Shown here in pieces: positions 37,346-40,000 of a DNA stretch of 40,000 nt. The stretch's first letter is position 1. Each line of letters opens with the position of its first letter. Source of the DNA: Clostridium neonatale (GTDB lineage: Bacteria; Bacillota; Clostridia; Clostridiales; Clostridiaceae); NCBI RefSeq assembly GCF_001458595.1, contig NZ_LN890328.1:2244831-2284830 (forward strand), written 5' to 3'. A program made the position numbers and the translations under genes. The notes beneath the pieces are model-generated. The model did not search any database and had not been told where the DNA came from. It saw only the letters and a program-made list of their open reading frames with translations.

Positions 37346-37411
37346 AAAACGTGATTAAAAAGTGTACAAAAAGTGTTGTAAAAGTGGTATAAACGCGGTC
37401 AAAAAGTGTTA
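37346..37411 (-). repeat. Six direct repeats, exact 11-bp period, probable activator binding array
   Basis: Plus strand: AAAACGTGATT|AAAAAGTGTAC|AAAAAGTGTTG|TAAAAGTGGTA|TAAACGCGGTC|AAAAAGTGTTA. Confidence 0.85.
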
Positions 37412-37876
37412 TGGATATATTAACTCGCTTAAATAATTAATCACACCAGTCCTTATCTTCTTGCAATAATCTTTATCAAATCCTAGCTCTTGACCAATCT
37501 CTATCCATGATTTTTTATTTCTACCACTAAGATATCTTAATTTAACAAGTTTATATTCATTTTCTGATAATTGCTGCAAAGATGATTGTATTTTTATTTT
37601 TAAATCTGAATAATATTTTTTCTTAGCTTTTAAAATACAAATTTGTTCCTGAATATATTCCTCTCGTCTTATAACTTCATCTTCCACACTTGATGTAATT
37701 TTATGTGTTGGACTTGATTTTTCCTCAAATGATATAGCTCTAACTGTTATATCATTTTCTAAATTTTCAATATCTATTTCTATATTTTTAATTTTGGTAT
37801 CTAAACTATTGTAATTATAAAGTGAAGATTCTGTTTTCTTAAACTTATTTTCTTTCATATTCATAACCAAACCCAT
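37409..37876 (-). CDS. ArpU/RinA-like late transcriptional regulator (sigma region 4-like HTH)
   Basis: LSENEYKLVKLRYLSGRNKKSWIEIGQELGFDKDYCKKIRTGVINYLSELI; located upstream of terS. Confidence 0.85.
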   Translation of the reverse strand: MGLVMNMKENKFKKTESSLYNYNSLDTKIKNIEIDIENLENDITVRAISFEEKSSPTHKITSSVEDEVIRREEYIQEQICILKAKKKYYSDLKIKIQSSLQQLSENEYKLVKLRYLSGRNKKSWIEIGQELGFDKDYCKKIRTGVINYLSELIYP

Positions 37877-37968
37877 CCTTTATGTTATAATATTAGATGG
37901 GTAGTGCATTAGAGAAAGTATATAAATTGGCGTTTATAGTTCTCTAATGCTTTTTTATATTAATTATT

Positions 37969-38130
37969 TTAGTTTCTTTTTTCTTCCATCTTTTGTATCT
38001 CTGATTTCAACTGTCTTCTCTCATTTAATAAATATCTATTAGGTTTATGATTACTCCTATATGCCTTTCTAATTTGAGATTCAACTTCTTTTAATCTATC
38101 TTTTTTAATTTCTAACATATTAAAACCCAT
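37969..38130 (-). CDS. Small phage hypothetical protein (likely start MGFNMLEIKK)
   Basis: GAGGTGATTTTG ATG RBS/start; short coiled coil. Confidence 0.6.
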   Translation of the reverse strand: MGFNMLEIKKDRLKEVESQIRKAYRSNHKPNRYLLNERRQLKSEIQKMEEKRN

Positions 38131-38144
38131 CAAAATCACCTCAC

Positions 38145-38514
38145 GTAACAAGAATTTAAGGCTCATGTAACAAGAATTTTTAGTCATTATTATGCCTTAA
38201 ACCCTCACTATTTCTAAGGTTACATAGATTTCTACATCTGTAACAAGATTTAAAATTGTATGTGCTTATCTTTATATATAATATATAGTATCTATCTATG
38301 TATATATATTTCTCTTTATATATATATATATATATTTATTATTATTATTACATATATATATAATATATAAGGGAACATAGAAACGGTGAGGGTTTCGGCT
38401 GTAACAAAAAGTGTAACAAGAATTTTTTCCAATTTTTTAAAATTGCGTTCTATCCTTTACACCTTGAGCCTTTGCACTGTCATAAAAATTGTAATAATTC
38501 TGTAATAAGAATTT
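38145..38514 (-). repeat. Right copy of inverted iteron/AT-rich element
   Basis: GTAACAAGAATTT-type iterons ending at 38157, 38179, 38248, 38410, 38422 and 38514; reverse complement matches the 12131-12470 element in order and spacing. Confidence 0.8.
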
Positions 38515-39454
38515 AGGCTTGCTTTTTATATATTCTATCCAATACTTCTTTGTCTTCTGTAATGACATCATAAACACCAACATCAACTCGTTTGATCCTA
38601 TATGTTGTTTTATTATCAAATGTGTCCTGCTGCTTCAACTGATTTATAAATGGACCTTGATAATCTTTTATTAACTCATTTATAGTTAATTTTTGAATCA
38701 CTTTTTCAGTACTGATAATATTTCCTTGTGAATCTGTAGTGGTATACACCATGGCTTCACCAAAAATATCTTCAAATACTTTGTCCATATCAGCCTTAGC
38801 CTTTGGATCACTGTTAATAACATCCCATACATAACTACTTACACATTCAAATAATGGCATTTCCCATCTAGGACAGGTTAAATAATCTTTTCCCCTTCCC
38901 TTTCTCCATCTATACTCAACATGATGCATAATTAGACTTTCTGTTAATAACATGTTTCCAGTTTCGTTTTTATCTCTCCATTCTTTTATTCTCTTAGCCT
39001 GTTCATATGATCCACCTATAATTTGAATTATTTCATGTTCCGTAAAGTATTTATCTAACATTGGCACAAATGAATCAATTATTGTAGCTCCACAATCCAT
39101 TAAATAACTATTAGCACTATCTCTATATTGATTTAACTCTTCTAAATAGTTCTTATAATCTTCTTTAAAACGCCTAGATAGCTTTTTATCTTCTAATATT
39201 TTTCTTACTCTATTAATTTCTGGAATATAAAAATCGTCTAGTTCTTTATACACCTTTCTTATCCCAAATTTTAATTTAACAAGTCCATTACTTATATAAA
39301 GCCTATCATCCTTTAAATCTCCACCTTTTAGTAACCTAATCAGTCTTTCTGTTTGCAATCCTGGACGTTCCTTTAACATTTCATCTATTTGCTTTTCAAG
39401 TTTAACTTTCTTTTCTTCAGCTAATTGCTCTTTGCTTTTAAATTCAGTTATCAT
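38513..39454 (-). CDS. Phage protein of unknown function, highly charged
   Basis: 313-aa ORF with ATG; overlaps the outermost iteron at its stop codon. Confidence 0.8.
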   Translation of the reverse strand: MITEFKSKEQLAEEKKVKLEKQIDEMLKERPGLQTERLIRLLKGGDLKDDRLYISNGLVKLKFGIRKVYKELDDFYIPEINRVRKILEDKKLSRRFKEDYKNYLEELNQYRDSANSYLMDCGATIIDSFVPMLDKYFTEHEIIQIIGGSYEQAKRIKEWRDKNETGNMLLTESLIMHHVEYRWRKGRGKDYLTCPRWEMPLFECVSSYVWDVINSDPKAKADMDKVFEDIFGEAMVYTTTDSQGNIISTEKVIQKLTINELIKDYQGPFINQLKQQDTFDNKTTYRIKRVDVGVYDVITEDKEVLDRIYKKQA

Positions 39455-39475
39455 AATGATTGCCCTCCCTTAAAT

Positions 39476-39708
39476 TTACTTTTTAGTAGAAATACCGCCT
39501 CGTATATTCATTTCTGACTTATGCGATTTTAATATCAGACTTATCTCAGCTTGCATCAATGGATTTATTTCCTTAAGCCTTTCAGTAATATCTAAATATA
39601 TAGTATTTCTACCTACTCCAAATTTTTTAGCAGCTTCTCTAACAGTAGCATCAGTATCTATAATATATTGAGCTACTTCTTTGACCCTAGCTAAATATAA
39701 TCATTCAT
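39476..39708 (-). pseudogene. SpoIIID-like transcriptional regulator with a frame disruption at codon 5
   Basis: ATG AAT GAT TAT ATT TAG (MNDYI*), then in a different frame LARVKEVAQYIIDTDATVREAAKKFGVGRNTIYLDITERLKEINPLMQAEISLILKSHKSEMNIRGGISTKK*, closely matching the SpoIIID pattern. Confidence 0.7.
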
Positions 39709-39720
39709 TTGACCATCCTT

Positions 39721-39909
39721 TCACATCTCTGAAGTATCATTTGTTCTTATATCTGTCCTATCAAAATACTTAATTCCTTTTGCTCCAATTACTGTTTTAC
39801 ATATGATAACAACAATATTCTGCATTATTTCTCCAATCACATATATTAACATTACTGTTCCAGTAAATATCCATGGACTCGAAAATATATATTTTAATAT
39901 TTCTAACAT
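39721..39909 (-). CDS. 62-aa small membrane protein
   Basis: MLEILKYIFSSPWIFTGTVMLIYVIGEIMQNIVVIICKTVIGAKGIKYFDRTD... Confidence 0.55.
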   Translation of the reverse strand: MLEILKYIFSSPWIFTGTVMLIYVIGEIMQNIVVIICKTVIGAKGIKYFDRTDIRTNDTSEM

Positions 39910-40000
39910 GTATATTCTCCTTTCTATATCCGTTTTAAGTATTGTGCACTAAAAAATACCGCATATTCTTTTGAATAATACGGTATTTTCATTAATTTTA

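Larger units (their letters stand above)
12100..40000. mobile_element. Contractile-tail (PBSX/Xkd-like) prophage; left end about 12.1 kb, right end beyond the window
   Basis: Contiguous set of small/large terminase, portal, capsid, sheath, tube, tape measure, baseplate, holin and endolysin genes on the minus strand. Confidence 0.93.

Noticed and set aside
37969-38187. Full 72-aa ORF-track start of the small phage protein
   Set aside because: The first 19 residues read through two iterons; the SD GAGGTG is placed for the ATG at 38130, so the shorter form is preferred.
38314-38370. TATATATA/TTATTATTATTA runs considered as independent microsatellites
   Set aside because: Comparable runs occur at the same relative position in the left copy, so they are treated as the AT-rich core of the inverted element.

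Overview
Low-GC Firmicute (Clostridium-like) window. About 1-12.1 kb is chromosomal: a U32 peptidase (partial), an unusually long ZapA-domain coiled-coil protein, murT/gatD, a D-Ala-D-Ala carboxypeptidase, a flavin reductase, a YitT-family protein, lrgA followed by an lrgB remnant, and a nitrate/sulfonate/taurine-type ABC operon whose binding-protein gene looks 5'-truncated. From about 12.1 kb to the window end is a contractile-tail (PBSX/Xkd-like) prophage. Its late genes are all on the minus strand, running from an ArpU/RinA-like late regulator (about 37.9 kb) through terminase, portal, capsid, sheath, tape measure and baseplate to holin and endolysin (about 14.2 kb). Coding features mostly follow a standard prophage layout. 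The unusual parts are non-coding: (1) a 1.4-kb array (about 12.8-14.2 kb) of short minus-strand units, most of which join an AAAAATATGaTATAAT-type promoter to a short RNA and a strong hairpin, with some units carrying micro-ORFs; (2) a roughly 340-370-bp iteron plus AT-rich element present twice in inverted orientation (12131-12470 and 38145-38514), bracketing the whole structural module; (3) six direct repeats with an exact 11-bp period (37346-37411) ending 16 bp upstream of a TATAAT, consistent with an activator-dependent late promoter, followed by a hairpin only tens of nt downstream; (4) a -1 frameshift signal A_AAA_AAC in the tail assembly chaperone gene; (5) a SpoIIID-like regulator interrupted at codon 5. 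All product names come from recognising protein motifs by eye; no database search was run.
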